From contig JAQUTH010000001.1 in NCBI GenBank assembly GCA_028709885.1, positions 1 through 51,132 on the forward strand: a DNA stretch of 51,132 nucleotides, read 5' to 3'. Of this stretch, positions 19,369 to 29,449 are shown one piece after another (within the stretch, counting starts at the first letter, position 1; each line of letters opens with the position of its first letter). The DNA is from Flavobacteriales bacterium. GTDB taxonomy: Bacteria; Bacteroidota; Bacteroidia; Flavobacteriales; UBA1820. The translations under genes and the position numbers were made by a program. The notes beneath the pieces were generated by a model that was not told the DNA's origin, searched no databases, and worked only from the letters and a program-made list of their open reading frames with translations.

Positions 19369-19389
19369 CCTTTTTCAATACCAAGCACT

Positions 19390-20451
19390 ATGAATATAGA
19401 AGAAAATAAAGACCTTACCGCTTTAAATACGTTCGGTATGAGCGTAAAAGCTAAGTATTATATCCGCGTATCCTCAGATGAAGATGTCCGTCAGGCGGTG
19501 CTATTTGCAAAAGAAGTAAACTTTCCTCTTTTGGTACTATCTGGTGGTAGCAATATGCTTTTTACCGAGGACATAAAAGCTGTGGTCATTCACATGGATA
19601 CACATGGCATAGAAAAAATAGGCGCTGACGGCACAGATACCTTGGTAAAGGTAAAGGCTGGTGAAAACTGGCATAATTTTGTCATGTGGAGCATTGATAA
19701 TAATTTGGCTGGTGCTGAAAACCTCGCTTTTATACCCGGACGGGTAGGCTCTTCTCCGGTGCAGAACATAGGCGCCTATGGGGTGGAGGCAAAAGACGTT
19801 ATAGAAAGTGTCAATGCTTTTGATGTACATTCTGGTAAAAATCGCATTTTCTCTAAAAAAGAATGTCTTTTTGGGTATCGTGAATCTGTTTTCAAGGGTG
19901 CAGACAAAGGCAAATACATTATAATGGATGTCGTTTTTCGCTTGCATAGTCCTGAGGGTTATTCTCTGAAACTGGACTATGGAAATATACGTTCAGAACT
20001 GGAAAAAAGAAATATCATTACCCCCAATATAGCGGATGTGGCTACCGTGGTAACGGATATCCGCCGTGCTAAACTGCCAGACCCTGAAAAAATAGGCAAC
20101 TGTGGTAGTTTTTTCAAAAATCCAGTCTTGGATAAAAAGACTTTTGAATCTTTGAAAGAAAAATATCCTGATATGCCTTGTTTTGACGTACCAGATAGTA
20201 CAGATGAACATTACAAGAAAGTGCCTGCTGCATGGCTTATAGACCGTGCAGGCTGGAAAGGTTACCGTCGTGGTAATGTGGGAGTGCATGAAAATCAAGC
20301 TCTGGTGCTGGTACATTATGGTGGTGGTACAGGTGGTGAGGTTATGGCTCTTTGCCGTGATATTTGCGCAGATGTAAAGGCTAAGTACGGTGTTGCTATT
20401 TCTGCTGAGGTAAATATAGTGGACGCTTCATTTTTACATACCGTTTATTAG
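19390..20451 (+). CDS. murB: UDP-N-acetylmuramate dehydrogenase
   Basis: 353-aa ORF with an FAD-binding PCMH-type domain (LVLSGGSNMLF, PGRVGSSPVQNIGAYG) and the MurB C-terminal motif CGSFFKNP. Confidence 0.92.
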   Translation: MNIEENKDLTALNTFGMSVKAKYYIRVSSDEDVRQAVLFAKEVNFPLLVLSGGSNMLFTEDIKAVVIHMDTHGIEKIGADGTDTLVKVKAGENWHNFVMWSIDNNLAGAENLAFIPGRVGSSPVQNIGAYGVEAKDVIESVNAFDVHSGKNRIFSKKECLFGYRESVFKGADKGKYIIMDVVFRLHSPEGYSLKLDYGNIRSELEKRNIITPNIADVATVVTDIRRAKLPDPEKIGNCGSFFKNPVLDKKTFESLKEKYPDMPCFDVPDSTDEHYKKVPAAWLIDRAGWKGYRRGNVGVHENQALVLVHYGGGTGGEVMALCRDICADVKAKYGVAISAEVNIVDASFLHTVY

Positions 20452-20454
20452 TGG

Positions 20455-20462
20455 TACTTTTG
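20455..20462 (+). promoter_or_regulatory. Putative -7 promoter box (TACTTTTG)
   Basis: Exact TAnnTTTG match 33 nt upstream of the ATG at 20495. Confidence 0.45.
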
Positions 20463-20494
20463 TAAATAGTATTGGATATTAAAAAAAGAAATAA

Positions 20495-21613
20495 ATGACA
20501 TCTGAATATATTTGTTTGGCACTTTTTACATTGGCAGCTGTTATAGTGGCGGTCAATTATGTTTTTATGCTGGTAAATATCCGCAAACCTAAAAAAGGCA
20601 CTGTACCAGAAAAGAAAGAAGGCATATCAGTGGTAGTGGTAGCCAGAAACCAAATGGATGATTTACACCGTTTTATACCATCTATAATAGCACAGGATTA
20701 TCCACGTTTTGAACTGATAGTGGTGGACGACCGTTCGTTTGACAATACCATGGTATTCTTGAAATCCATACAGCGCAATTATCCGAGTATTCTCAAAACA
20801 GCTTGCGTCAATGAAGATACGCCATATCCGTGGCCTGGACGCAAATTTGCCATAACGATAGGTGTCAAAGCAGCTCAGTATGAACGCATAGTCCTTATGG
20901 AGCCAACAGCGGTACCACAGTCGCAGCATTGGTTGAGCTCTCTGTCTATCGGCTTTAATAACGATGACACTCGTTATGTCATAGGCGGTTGTGTGCGCAG
21001 TGGAGATAAAGGACTACCTGCATGGTTTCATTCGGTAATGTCTTTTTTCTATAATCTTTTGTCTCTTTCGTGGGCAAAAATAGGACAGCCTTATTCGGCT
21101 ACTGTATCCAATTTTTCGTTCAAAAAATCTTGTTTCCTTTCAGAAAATGCCTATATGGACAATATGCGTATTCCTTCGGGGGAGGCTGATTTTCTTCTCC
21201 AAAAAAACGGTACGTTTAAAAATACTGCTGTGGTGATAGACGATGACGCTTTTATAAAACAAACTGGAATATGTACATGGAAGAATGTATTTGACGAGTT
21301 TACGGATATGTACGCGTCCTTTCGCCATTATACTTTGTGGGCTAAGACAAGGGTTTTGTCTTTTTTGCTTTCAAAATTGTCGTTTTGGATTTTTGCGGTA
21401 TGCTCTGCTCTAACTTTTTACGCTCAATGGTGGTTTTGGGCGGTGTTAAGTGTTCCGTTATTGCTGTCTGTGGTGGCAGGAGGTGTGTGTGCGCACCGTA
21501 TGAAAGTGTCAATGCGAATGATGATAGGCATGTTTTTGGATGTAATAACTTTGCCATTGGGGCTTATTGTTTTTATAATCATAGCTATCCGTATGCCTAA
21601 AAAATGGAGATAA
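20495..21613 (+). CDS. Membrane-embedded glycosyltransferase family 2 (synthase-like topology)
   Basis: 372-aa ORF. N-terminal TM helix, GT-A core (ISVVVVARNQ...VVDDRSFD), then several C-terminal TM helices. Confidence 0.8.
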   Translation: MTSEYICLALFTLAAVIVAVNYVFMLVNIRKPKKGTVPEKKEGISVVVVARNQMDDLHRFIPSIIAQDYPRFELIVVDDRSFDNTMVFLKSIQRNYPSILKTACVNEDTPYPWPGRKFAITIGVKAAQYERIVLMEPTAVPQSQHWLSSLSIGFNNDDTRYVIGGCVRSGDKGLPAWFHSVMSFFYNLLSLSWAKIGQPYSATVSNFSFKKSCFLSENAYMDNMRIPSGEADFLLQKNGTFKNTAVVIDDDAFIKQTGICTWKNVFDEFTDMYASFRHYTLWAKTRVLSFLLSKLSFWIFAVCSALTFYAQWWFWAVLSVPLLLSVVAGGVCAHRMKVSMRMMIGMFLDVITLPLGLIVFIIIAIRMPKKWR

Positions 21614-22158
21614 AAAGTACCGATGAACTAATACAGACTGCCTTAAAAGGTAATCAGAGTGCTTTTGCGCAGCTGTTAGGAATGTATTGGGCAGATGTGT
21701 ATGGCTTTTTGGCTTCCAAGAAACTAAGCGAGGAAGACACGGAAGACCTTTGCATAGAGACTTTTACCAAGGCATTTGAAAAATTATCTACTTACAATCC
21801 TCAGTACCAATTCAAAACGTGGCTCATCAACATAGCCAAACATCACTATGTGGATTTTCGCCGTGCCAATGCTCATCTTTTTGCTCTTTTCTCTCAAAAA
21901 ATTCAGGATTCACAAGACCCTGATGTTGATATTATTTCGCATGATACTCCCGAAAGCATGATGATAGATATTCAGTCTTTGGAACACTTTAACACGGTGG
22001 TAGAGTATCTAAACCCTCGCTATCGTCAGATAATACGCCTTCGTTACATGGAAGATATGTCCATAGAGGAAATATCGGAGCAAATGGGTATTTCAGAATC
22101 CCATACCAAGGTCATGCTAATGCGTGCGCGAAGAATGTTGCAAAAAGGTCTTGAATAA
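21604..22158 (+). CDS. RNA polymerase ECF-type sigma-70 factor
   Basis: 184-aa ORF with region 2 (FKTWLINIAKHHYVDFRR) and region 4 HTH (MSIEEISEQMGISESHTKVMLMRARRML). Its ATG overlaps the upstream GT2 stop (ATGGAGATAA). Confidence 0.88.
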   Translation: MEIKSTDELIQTALKGNQSAFAQLLGMYWADVYGFLASKKLSEEDTEDLCIETFTKAFEKLSTYNPQYQFKTWLINIAKHHYVDFRRANAHLFALFSQKIQDSQDPDVDIISHDTPESMMIDIQSLEHFNTVVEYLNPRYRQIIRLRYMEDMSIEEISEQMGISESHTKVMLMRARRMLQKGLE

Positions 22159-22226
22159 GTTATATTTTTCTCAGTTTTAGCTTTTTACGTTTCGGTTCAG
22201 TATATTTATAATCTAACCCAAAGATT

Positions 22227-22997
22227 ATGAACCGCATTTTTTTATCCTTTTTTTTGATATTTCTATGTCAAAATCTCTCTATGGGACAAAACGTAACTAA
22301 CGCAGATGAAAATGTGCCTATCGGTATGTCTTACGGAGCGGATAACAAAGAAATAATATACACCAAGTATGCTCAGGGAGGTATTACTCTGCAAAATAAT
22401 GGATATTCGCTCTCATTCCGCCGTCTGCACACCAAAAGTGCATTTTTTGAACATGGGTATGAGGTAGATTTATCTTTGATAAGAAATCCAAAGGAAGTGC
22501 AGATACGAAATGGTGTCTACTATGGCTATATGGGTTATTGTTTTGGAAAGGAAAATACGCATTTTAACCTTCGTGTGGGTTATGGTCTTAATAAAGAGAT
22601 AGCGGACAAAGCTGATTTGGGTGCGGTGGAAATAAACTATTTTATATGTGGAGGTATTTCGTTGGCAATGCTAAAACCTGTATATTTGTACGTGGTAGAA
22701 AATGACGGCATAGAAAAAAGACGTTATGACCCATCACAACATCCGCAGAGTGTGATAGTGGGAGGAACGTGGTTTTTCAACGGTCTGGGGGAGATGTCAT
22801 TTCATCCGGGGGTGTATGCCCGTGTTGGTATCAATTTTGACTATGCGGTCAAGGAAAAGAGCATTTTAGCCGTAGAGGCTGGTGTGGTGGTTGATTATTA
22901 TTTTTCAAAACTGCACATCATGAGCAACGACAGCCAAAATCTAAGCTTATACAATGCCTTTTACGTATCTTTCTATTTCGGGAGAAAATGGAATTAA
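22227..22997 (+). CDS. Hypothetical secreted protein, probably an outer-membrane beta-barrel
   Basis: 256-aa ORF. Signal peptide MNRIFLSFFLIFLCQNLSMG, alternating hydrophobic/aromatic beta-strand pattern, aromatic C-terminus (...FYVSFYFGRKWN). Confidence 0.6.
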   Translation: MNRIFLSFFLIFLCQNLSMGQNVTNADENVPIGMSYGADNKEIIYTKYAQGGITLQNNGYSLSFRRLHTKSAFFEHGYEVDLSLIRNPKEVQIRNGVYYGYMGYCFGKENTHFNLRVGYGLNKEIADKADLGAVEINYFICGGISLAMLKPVYLYVVENDGIEKRRYDPSQHPQSVIVGGTWFFNGLGEMSFHPGVYARVGINFDYAVKEKSILAVEAGVVVDYYFSKLHIMSNDSQNLSLYNAFYVSFYFGRKWN

Positions 22998-23892
22998 AAC
23001 ATATAAAATATTGGACGAAACTACTAAAAAAATAAACGAACAGGAAAAAGCTCCACTGCGCAAACCGCATTGGTTGAAGGTGAAAATGAGCGGAGGAGAA
23101 TCTTATTCTTCTGTCCGCCAAACGGTAGAAGGACACGCCCTGCATACTATTTGTCAGAGTGGCTCATGTCCTAACATAGGTGAATGTTGGCGTGCAGGTA
23201 CGGCTACTTTTATGATATTGGGAAATATATGCACCCGCTCATGCCGTTTTTGTGCGGTGCAGACAGGACGCCCTTTGCCAGTGGATGAGACAGAACCTGA
23301 AAAAATAGCCGAATCTATTAAACTGATGAAACTCCGTCATGCTGTTATCACATCGGTGGATAGAGACGATTTGCCAGACGGAGGAGCCGGCATTTGGGCA
23401 AAAACTATACAAGCTGTAAGACTCGCCACCCCACAAACAACAATAGAAGTGTTGGTTCCAGACTTCAAAGGAGTAGAAAAAGACATCAAAACTGTGGTAG
23501 ATGCTCGCCCCGATATCATTTCACATAATATGGAAACAGTGGAACGTCTCACCCGTGAAGTGAGGGTACAGGCACGTTACAGACGCAGTCTTTCTGTTTT
23601 GGAGATGATGAAAAAATTGGGCGCACGAAGAACCAAATCTGGCATCATGTTAGGGCTTGGAGAAACAAAGGAGGAAGTGTTGCAGACTCTTGCCGATATG
23701 CGTTCAGTAAGTGTTGATGTGGTAACGATAGGTCAGTATCTTCGTCCTACCAGAGAACATCTGGCGGTGGAAGAGTACGTTACCCCTGAGATGTTTGATT
23801 TTTACGGAGAACAAGCCAAAAAAATGGGATTTCTCTTTGTGCAGAGTGCGCCACTGGTGCGTTCATCCTATCATGCCGAAATGCAGGTGTGA
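22954..23892 (+). CDS. lipA: Lipoyl synthase
   Basis: Radical-SAM motif CTRSCRFCAV plus the auxiliary-cluster context CQSGSCPNIGECW. The 5' end is uncertain: ATG 22954 overlaps the upstream gene by 44 nt, and an in-frame TTG at 23011 is an alternative. Confidence 0.9.
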   Translation: MPFTYLSISGENGIKTYKILDETTKKINEQEKAPLRKPHWLKVKMSGGESYSSVRQTVEGHALHTICQSGSCPNIGECWRAGTATFMILGNICTRSCRFCAVQTGRPLPVDETEPEKIAESIKLMKLRHAVITSVDRDDLPDGGAGIWAKTIQAVRLATPQTTIEVLVPDFKGVEKDIKTVVDARPDIISHNMETVERLTREVRVQARYRRSLSVLEMMKKLGARRTKSGIMLGLGETKEEVLQTLADMRSVSVDVVTIGQYLRPTREHLAVEEYVTPEMFDFYGEQAKKMGFLFVQSAPLVRSSYHAEMQV

Positions 23893-23919
23893 TATTTTTT
23901 ACATAAAAACTACAACAAG

Positions 23920-26100
23920 ATGAGTACCGAGATAGAAAACATAACTTTTGAACATGAAGTCTCAGAAGGAAAAGCAGCCCCACTGGGAGCTACTGTGGTA
24001 GAAAATGTGCCTGTGAGCCATAAAAAAAATGTCCCTATGGTACACGCTTTATCGGAGGGAATGGCAGCACCATTAGGAGCTACTGTTACAGACGAAGGAG
24101 TTAATTTTTCTGTGTTTTCTGGCGATGCTACATCGGTAGAGTTGTGGCTTTTTCATCATGGAGATGACGTTTTGCCATACCAAATAATAAAACTTGACCC
24201 TAAGAAAAACCTATCATACCATTATTGGCACGTTTTTGTTCATGGAGCAAAAGAAGGATTGTACTATGGATACAAGATAAACGGAAAATATGCTCCGTCA
24301 AAAGGTCTTCACTATGATGGTAGCAAACTGCTGTCAGACCCTTTTGCCAAAGGACTTTACGGAAAAAATTACAGCCGTGGCGATGCTTCCACTTTTGGGA
24401 AAGAAAACACAGACACTGCCATAAAAAGCATCGTTGTAGCACCTTCAAAATACGATTGGGAAGGAGATACACATCCACGGATACCACTTTCTTCTTCTGT
24501 GATATATGAAATGCATGTTGGTGGTTTTACAGCCAACCCCAATTCAGGTGTTGAAAAAGACAAACGAGGTACTTTTTTAGGGGTAATAGAGAAAATACCT
24601 TACCTTAAAAGCCTTGGTATCACCACAGTAGAACTAATGCCAGTGTTTGCTTTTGACCCTCAGGATGCACCACTGGGACTGGAAAATTATTGGGGATATT
24701 CACCAGTTAATTTCTTGGCACCTCACTGGGGTTACGGCAGTACTGATGACCCTCTTACCACCATAAATGAATTTAAGGATATGGTAAAAGCCCTTCACCG
24801 TGAAGGTATGGAGGTGATACTGGATGTGGTGTATAACCATACCGCAGAATCGGGACGTATAGGACCATGGCTAAACCTTAAAGGACAGCAGGCAGATGTG
24901 TACTATATGCAGGATGAAAATCATCAGTTTTCTAACTACACAGGGTGTGGCAATACCATAAACGCATCGGACCCAATAATGCGCCGCCTTATGCGCGAGT
25001 CTTTGAGATACTGGGTGCGCGATATGCACGTGGACGGTTTTCGTTTTGATTTGGCAGCTATACTTACCCGTGGCGAGGACGGCGGTGTGCTGGTAAATTC
25101 TCCTGCTGTTGGTAGCATAGAGGTAGACCCTTGGCTGGCAGATACTAAGTTAATAGCTGAGGCTTGGGATGCGGCAGGTCTGTACCAGTTGGGTTTTTTT
25201 GCAGGAAGAAACGGAGATACACGTTGGGCAGAATGGAACGGAGCGTACAGGGATGATATGCGTCGTTTTATACGTGGAGATGAGGGTATGGTGCCTATCT
25301 TGGCTGCCAGAGTTTTAGGTTCGCCAGATATTTATGTCAATCCGCATCAAGATATAAACCAAAGCATACATTTTATAAGCTGTCATGACGGTTTTACCAT
25401 GGGAGATTTGGTGAGTTATAACACCAAGCATAACCTTTCCAATGGAGAGGATAACCGCGATGGATTAAACGAAAATTTTAGCTATAACTACGGCGAAGAA
25501 GGACAGACAAATGACCCAGCGTTGGAGGATTTGAGAACGCGACAGGTGAGAAATTTTATGACTGTCATGTTTTTTACTCAGGGAACACCTATGCTCAACA
25601 TGGGCGATGAGGTGCGTCGTACTCAGAACGGAAATAACAATGCCTACTGCCAAAATAACACCACGTCGTGGTTTAATTGGGACGATGTACATACACACAG
25701 TGAGACATTGGACTACACGCGTGGGCTTATAAAATACACGCAGGGATTGGCTCTTTTTTCTCTCAAAGACCTCATAAAAGTGGGGCATGACATGGTACAA
25801 CCGCATATTTTGTGGCATGGTACACGTATTAACGGAGCAGATTGGAGTCCTGTGTCCCATACTTTGGGTATGGAAATGATACACCCTACCGCAGGTGAGC
25901 ATCTGTACGTTATGTTCAATATGTATTGGGAAGATTTGGACTTTGAACTTCCAAAGCCTATGTTCGGCTCATGGCACGTTGTGGCAGACACTTACATGAA
26001 AGCTGATGAGAATTTTACTATGCGCCGTCTGTATGACCAAAAGAATTATTTGGCAAAAGACCGCTCAATAGTCATATTGTCTGACTTTCCAGATAAGTAG
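23920..26100 (+). CDS. glgX: Glycogen debranching enzyme (GH13, GlgX-type isoamylase)
   Basis: 726-aa ORF with a CBM48-like N-terminus (PLGATV..GVNFSVFS) and GH13 conserved regions VVYNHT, GFRFDLA, EAWD, SCHDGFT. Confidence 0.9.
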   Translation: MSTEIENITFEHEVSEGKAAPLGATVVENVPVSHKKNVPMVHALSEGMAAPLGATVTDEGVNFSVFSGDATSVELWLFHHGDDVLPYQIIKLDPKKNLSYHYWHVFVHGAKEGLYYGYKINGKYAPSKGLHYDGSKLLSDPFAKGLYGKNYSRGDASTFGKENTDTAIKSIVVAPSKYDWEGDTHPRIPLSSSVIYEMHVGGFTANPNSGVEKDKRGTFLGVIEKIPYLKSLGITTVELMPVFAFDPQDAPLGLENYWGYSPVNFLAPHWGYGSTDDPLTTINEFKDMVKALHREGMEVILDVVYNHTAESGRIGPWLNLKGQQADVYYMQDENHQFSNYTGCGNTINASDPIMRRLMRESLRYWVRDMHVDGFRFDLAAILTRGEDGGVLVNSPAVGSIEVDPWLADTKLIAEAWDAAGLYQLGFFAGRNGDTRWAEWNGAYRDDMRRFIRGDEGMVPILAARVLGSPDIYVNPHQDINQSIHFISCHDGFTMGDLVSYNTKHNLSNGEDNRDGLNENFSYNYGEEGQTNDPALEDLRTRQVRNFMTVMFFTQGTPMLNMGDEVRRTQNGNNNAYCQNNTTSWFNWDDVHTHSETLDYTRGLIKYTQGLALFSLKDLIKVGHDMVQPHILWHGTRINGADWSPVSHTLGMEMIHPTAGEHLYVMFNMYWEDLDFELPKPMFGSWHVVADTYMKADENFTMRRLYDQKNYLAKDRSIVILSDFPDK

Positions 26101-26184
26101 ATTTGTTTGTAGTAACATTGTGATAACAAGTTTTTTACGTTGTTAAAAATGTTTATGTTTAGCTTTTTTATCTAAAAAAATATG

Positions 26185-26192
26185 TACATTAG
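26185..26192 (+). promoter_or_regulatory. Possible variant -7 box (TACATTAG) for the nqr operon
   Basis: One mismatch to TAnnTTTG, 33 nt upstream of the nqrA ATG. The same octamer occupies the equivalent position upstream of the CDS at 35020. Confidence 0.3.
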
Positions 26193-26224
26193 TTATTGAA
26201 AAATACCTATAACTATGTACCGCT

Positions 26225-27583
26225 ATGGCAAAAAAACTGAAAATAAGGCGAGGACTTACCATACGCCTTAAAGGAACCGCCCAAAAAATATGTTCCCAAG
26301 CACCTTTTTCCGTGTTTTATGCTATCTCAATGGCTGACTTTCCTATCATCACACCCAGATTAAAAGTGAGTGAAGGTAGTGAAGTGATGAGCGGAGATGT
26401 TCTTTTCTGTGTCCGTGGAGATGAAACGGTATGCGTAACATCGCCAGTGGCAGGTATAGTGGAAAAAATAGAACGTGGAGATGGCAGAGCAGTACGCCGC
26501 ATAATCATCCGCAGTGCAATAGACCAGACGTATAGGTATTTCAATATTCCAAGTGTTCTAAATAGAGAAAATGTACGCTCCTTACTATTACAAAGCGGAC
26601 TGTGGGCGTACTTCAAAACACGCCCTTTTGACACCATACCCCGCAGTGATGCCCAAGCGCGTGATATTTTCATAACATCTTATCACACAGCTCCTCTTTC
26701 GCCTGATACGCAGTATAGTATGTCATGCCAAAGTGAGGATATGCAGCGTGGGGTGAACACATTGTGTTTTCTCACAGACGGGAAAATATTTATGAACATG
26801 GACGCATCGGTATATGACAATGTGTTTGACAGCATCACAGGGACTGAAAAAATATATGTCAGTGGGCCTCATCCAGCTGGAAATGTAGGTGTTATGATAA
26901 ATCATGTAGCGCCAGTGAACAAAGGCGAAACAGTTTTTACCATATCATGTGAAGATGTGGCGCTGATAGGTGCATTTATGCGTACGGGGGAGTATTTTCC
27001 GATGAGAAAAATAGCATTGACAGGCTCTTCGGTAAAGAATCCAAAGTATATGAGAACTCTTCAAGGGGCTCAGATTAGCGAATTATGTATGGGAAGGGTG
27101 GTAGATGCTGAAAAAACCCGTTTTATAACTGGAAATGTACTCTCAGGGAGAAATGAAGGATTGGACGGTTTTTTGGGCTTTTATGACACACAGATAACAG
27201 CCATACCAGAAGGAAATGATGATAGCGCCCTTTTCGGGTGGATAGCACCGCGGACAGACCGTTTTAGTATGCTCCGCGCGGGGACTTTTTCATATCTTTT
27301 GCCTTTTAAGGAATATACATTGAACACTTCTACTAACGGCGAAGAGAGAAATTTTGTCCTCTCTGGTATATACCGTCAAGTGTTTCCTATGGATATATAC
27401 CCTATGGAGCTGGTAAAGGCTGCCATAGTAGCAGATGTTCCTCTTTTAGAGAAAATGGGCATTTACGAAGTGGCACCAGAGGATTTTGCTCTCTGCTCAT
27501 TTGTGTGTCCGTCTAAAATACAGCATCAGCGGATAATACGTGCGGCATTGGATATGGTGTACAAAGAAAATACAACGATATGA
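26225..27583 (+). CDS. nqrA: Na+-translocating NADH:quinone oxidoreductase subunit A
   Basis: 452-aa ORF, first gene of a six-gene nqr cluster. Typical NqrA start (IRRGLTIRLKG) and length. Confidence 0.9.
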   Translation: MAKKLKIRRGLTIRLKGTAQKICSQAPFSVFYAISMADFPIITPRLKVSEGSEVMSGDVLFCVRGDETVCVTSPVAGIVEKIERGDGRAVRRIIIRSAIDQTYRYFNIPSVLNRENVRSLLLQSGLWAYFKTRPFDTIPRSDAQARDIFITSYHTAPLSPDTQYSMSCQSEDMQRGVNTLCFLTDGKIFMNMDASVYDNVFDSITGTEKIYVSGPHPAGNVGVMINHVAPVNKGETVFTISCEDVALIGAFMRTGEYFPMRKIALTGSSVKNPKYMRTLQGAQISELCMGRVVDAEKTRFITGNVLSGRNEGLDGFLGFYDTQITAIPEGNDDSALFGWIAPRTDRFSMLRAGTFSYLLPFKEYTLNTSTNGEERNFVLSGIYRQVFPMDIYPMELVKAAIVADVPLLEKMGIYEVAPEDFALCSFVCPSKIQHQRIIRAALDMVYKENTTI

Positions 27584-28779
27584 AAAGACTAAAAGCAATG
27601 TTTGACTCAGGGCAAAAACGTATAGCTAAGAGTCGTTATGCGCGTTTTTTGCCTTTGTATGAAGGACTTTACACGTTTTTCTACTCGCCCAGACGCACCA
27701 GTGAAAATGACGTCCAGATATACGATGCAGTGGACCTTAAACGTGTTATGATGACCGTTATAATAGCTCTTCTTCCGTGTCTTTTCTTCGGTATGTACAA
27801 CGTGGGCTATCAGCATTTCACGCAAATGGAAGCTCTTGGCGCAGGAGGTTTTACTGCGTGGAAAGCATTTGTTTTTGGACTAAAAACGGTACTGCCTATC
27901 CTTGTGGTGAGTTATGCCACGGGGCTATCCATTGAGTTCTTTTTCTCTTGGCTGCGTGGGCGGGCAGTGGAAGAAGGTTTTTTGGTATCTGGACTACTTA
28001 TAGCCATTATCATGCCACCTACCATACCACTATGGATAGTGTGCGTTTCCACAGCATTTGCGGTGGTGGTGGGAAAAGAACTCTTTGGCGGAACAGGAAT
28101 GAATATATGGAATCCAGCTCTTTTGGCACGAGCATTCGCTTTTTTTGCATACCCAACGTACATGACAGGTAGCAAAGTGTGGGTGGTAGGCGCAGGCGAA
28201 GTAGATGGTATCACAGGTGCCACCATAATAGAACATTTACGAGAAAATGCACCATTGTCATTTGACGGAACAGAACAGCACGTTTATTCTCTCAGCGATA
28301 TGTTTTTTGGCTATATACCCGGTAGCATAGGCGAAACATCTACTTTTTTGGTGATATTAGGTGGTGTTTTTCTACTGTACACAGGCTTAGCATCGTGGAG
28401 AGTGATATTGTCGGGAGTGCTTGGAGGATTACTATGCGCTTGGCTGTTCAATGTCTTTGGCAATGCTTCAAATGCTCTGGAAATGCTACCACCGTGGGAA
28501 CAACTCATCTTGGGCAGTTTTGCTTTTGGACTGGTTTTTATGGCAACAGACCCTGTAACATCTGCCCAAACACCCATTGGGAAATGGATATACGGTTTTT
28601 TGGTAGGATTTTTTGCTATACTCATCCGCGTTGGAAACCCTGCCTACCCAGAAGGCATAATGTTATCCATTCTTTTGTGTAACACCATAGCCCCTGCAAT
28701 AGACCATGCGGTAATATCAGCCAATATTCACTCACGCACACGCCGTTGGCATAAAAATCACGTCCATGAATACAGGTAA
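27580..28779 (+). CDS. nqrB: Na+-translocating NADH:quinone oxidoreductase subunit B
   Basis: 399-aa polytopic membrane protein with the FMN-attachment motif DGITGATI. Overlaps nqrA by 4 nt. Confidence 0.92.
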   Translation: MKRLKAMFDSGQKRIAKSRYARFLPLYEGLYTFFYSPRRTSENDVQIYDAVDLKRVMMTVIIALLPCLFFGMYNVGYQHFTQMEALGAGGFTAWKAFVFGLKTVLPILVVSYATGLSIEFFFSWLRGRAVEEGFLVSGLLIAIIMPPTIPLWIVCVSTAFAVVVGKELFGGTGMNIWNPALLARAFAFFAYPTYMTGSKVWVVGAGEVDGITGATIIEHLRENAPLSFDGTEQHVYSLSDMFFGYIPGSIGETSTFLVILGGVFLLYTGLASWRVILSGVLGGLLCAWLFNVFGNASNALEMLPPWEQLILGSFAFGLVFMATDPVTSAQTPIGKWIYGFLVGFFAILIRVGNPAYPEGIMLSILLCNTIAPAIDHAVISANIHSRTRRWHKNHVHEYR

Positions 28780-29449
28780 AACATCATACATTTACATTTT
28801 TACGGTGGTGGTAGTGCTGATGACAGCCATGATACTATCGGTAGCATCGCTCATGTTTTCAGAAAGACACAGCATAAACGCCATCCGTCAAAGTCAGAAA
28901 GACATACTACGCTCTCTGCACATTCAGTTAAAAGATGAGCAAGTGGAAAAAACATTTCCTGTATATGTGAAAGACACTCTTTATGTGGATACTCTTGGAA
29001 ATGTGATACAGCCAAATGCAGATACCACAGAAACACTTAGGCTTTACATAGCAGAAAAGAACGACAGCACGCTGTACGTCATACCGGTAAAAGGTTACGG
29101 ACTGTGGGGGCAGATATGGGGTTATGTAGCGTTGGAAGAAGATTTTAATACCATTTACGGAGCGACGTATGACCACAAAAGTGAGACATCTGGACTGGGG
29201 GCAGAGATAAGTACAGACCAGTTCACAACCCGTTTTAAAGGGAAAAAACTATACGATGAAGCATCCACAGCGATGTTCACTATCGTTAAAACGCCAGTGA
29301 CAGATTTGCCAAAAGACCAGCAACAGTACGCCGTGGACGGTATAACGGGTGCTACCATAACAAGCGAAGGTGTGAAAAGAATGTTGCGCGAAGCAACGAA
29401 GGCTTATCTACCTTTTTTCTTAAAAGAAAAACAGAAAAAACATGAATAG
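28766..29449 (+). CDS. nqrC: Na+-translocating NADH:quinone oxidoreductase subunit C
   Basis: 227-aa ORF with an N-terminal TM anchor, SGLGAEI, and the FMN-attachment motif DGITGATITS. Confidence 0.92.
   Translation: MNTGKTSYIYIFTVVVVLMTAMILSVASLMFSERHSINAIRQSQKDILRSLHIQLKDEQVEKTFPVYVKDTLYVDTLGNVIQPNADTTETLRLYIAEKNDSTLYVIPVKGYGLWGQIWGYVALEEDFNTIYGATYDHKSETSGLGAEISTDQFTTRFKGKKLYDEASTAMFTIVKTPVTDLPKDQQQYAVDGITGATITSEGVKRMLREATKAYLPFFLKEKQKKHE

Noticed and set aside
26098-26105. Exact TAnnTTTG match (TAGATTTG) overlapping the glgX stop codon, as a possible nqr promoter
   Set aside because: It lies 120 nt from the nqrA ATG, and a better-positioned variant box exists at 26185..26192. The consensus has only six specified bases, so chance matches are frequent.
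26181-26192. Shared 12-mer TATGTACATTAG upstream of nqrA (26181..26192) and of the small secreted protein gene (34969..34980), considered as a common regulator-binding site
   Set aside because: Dozens of 12-mer matches are expected by chance in a 51-kb AT-rich window. The shared part contains TACATTAG, a one-mismatch variant of the TAnnTTTG -7 box at the normal distance from both start codons. It is therefore most simply two similar promoters, not a specific operator.
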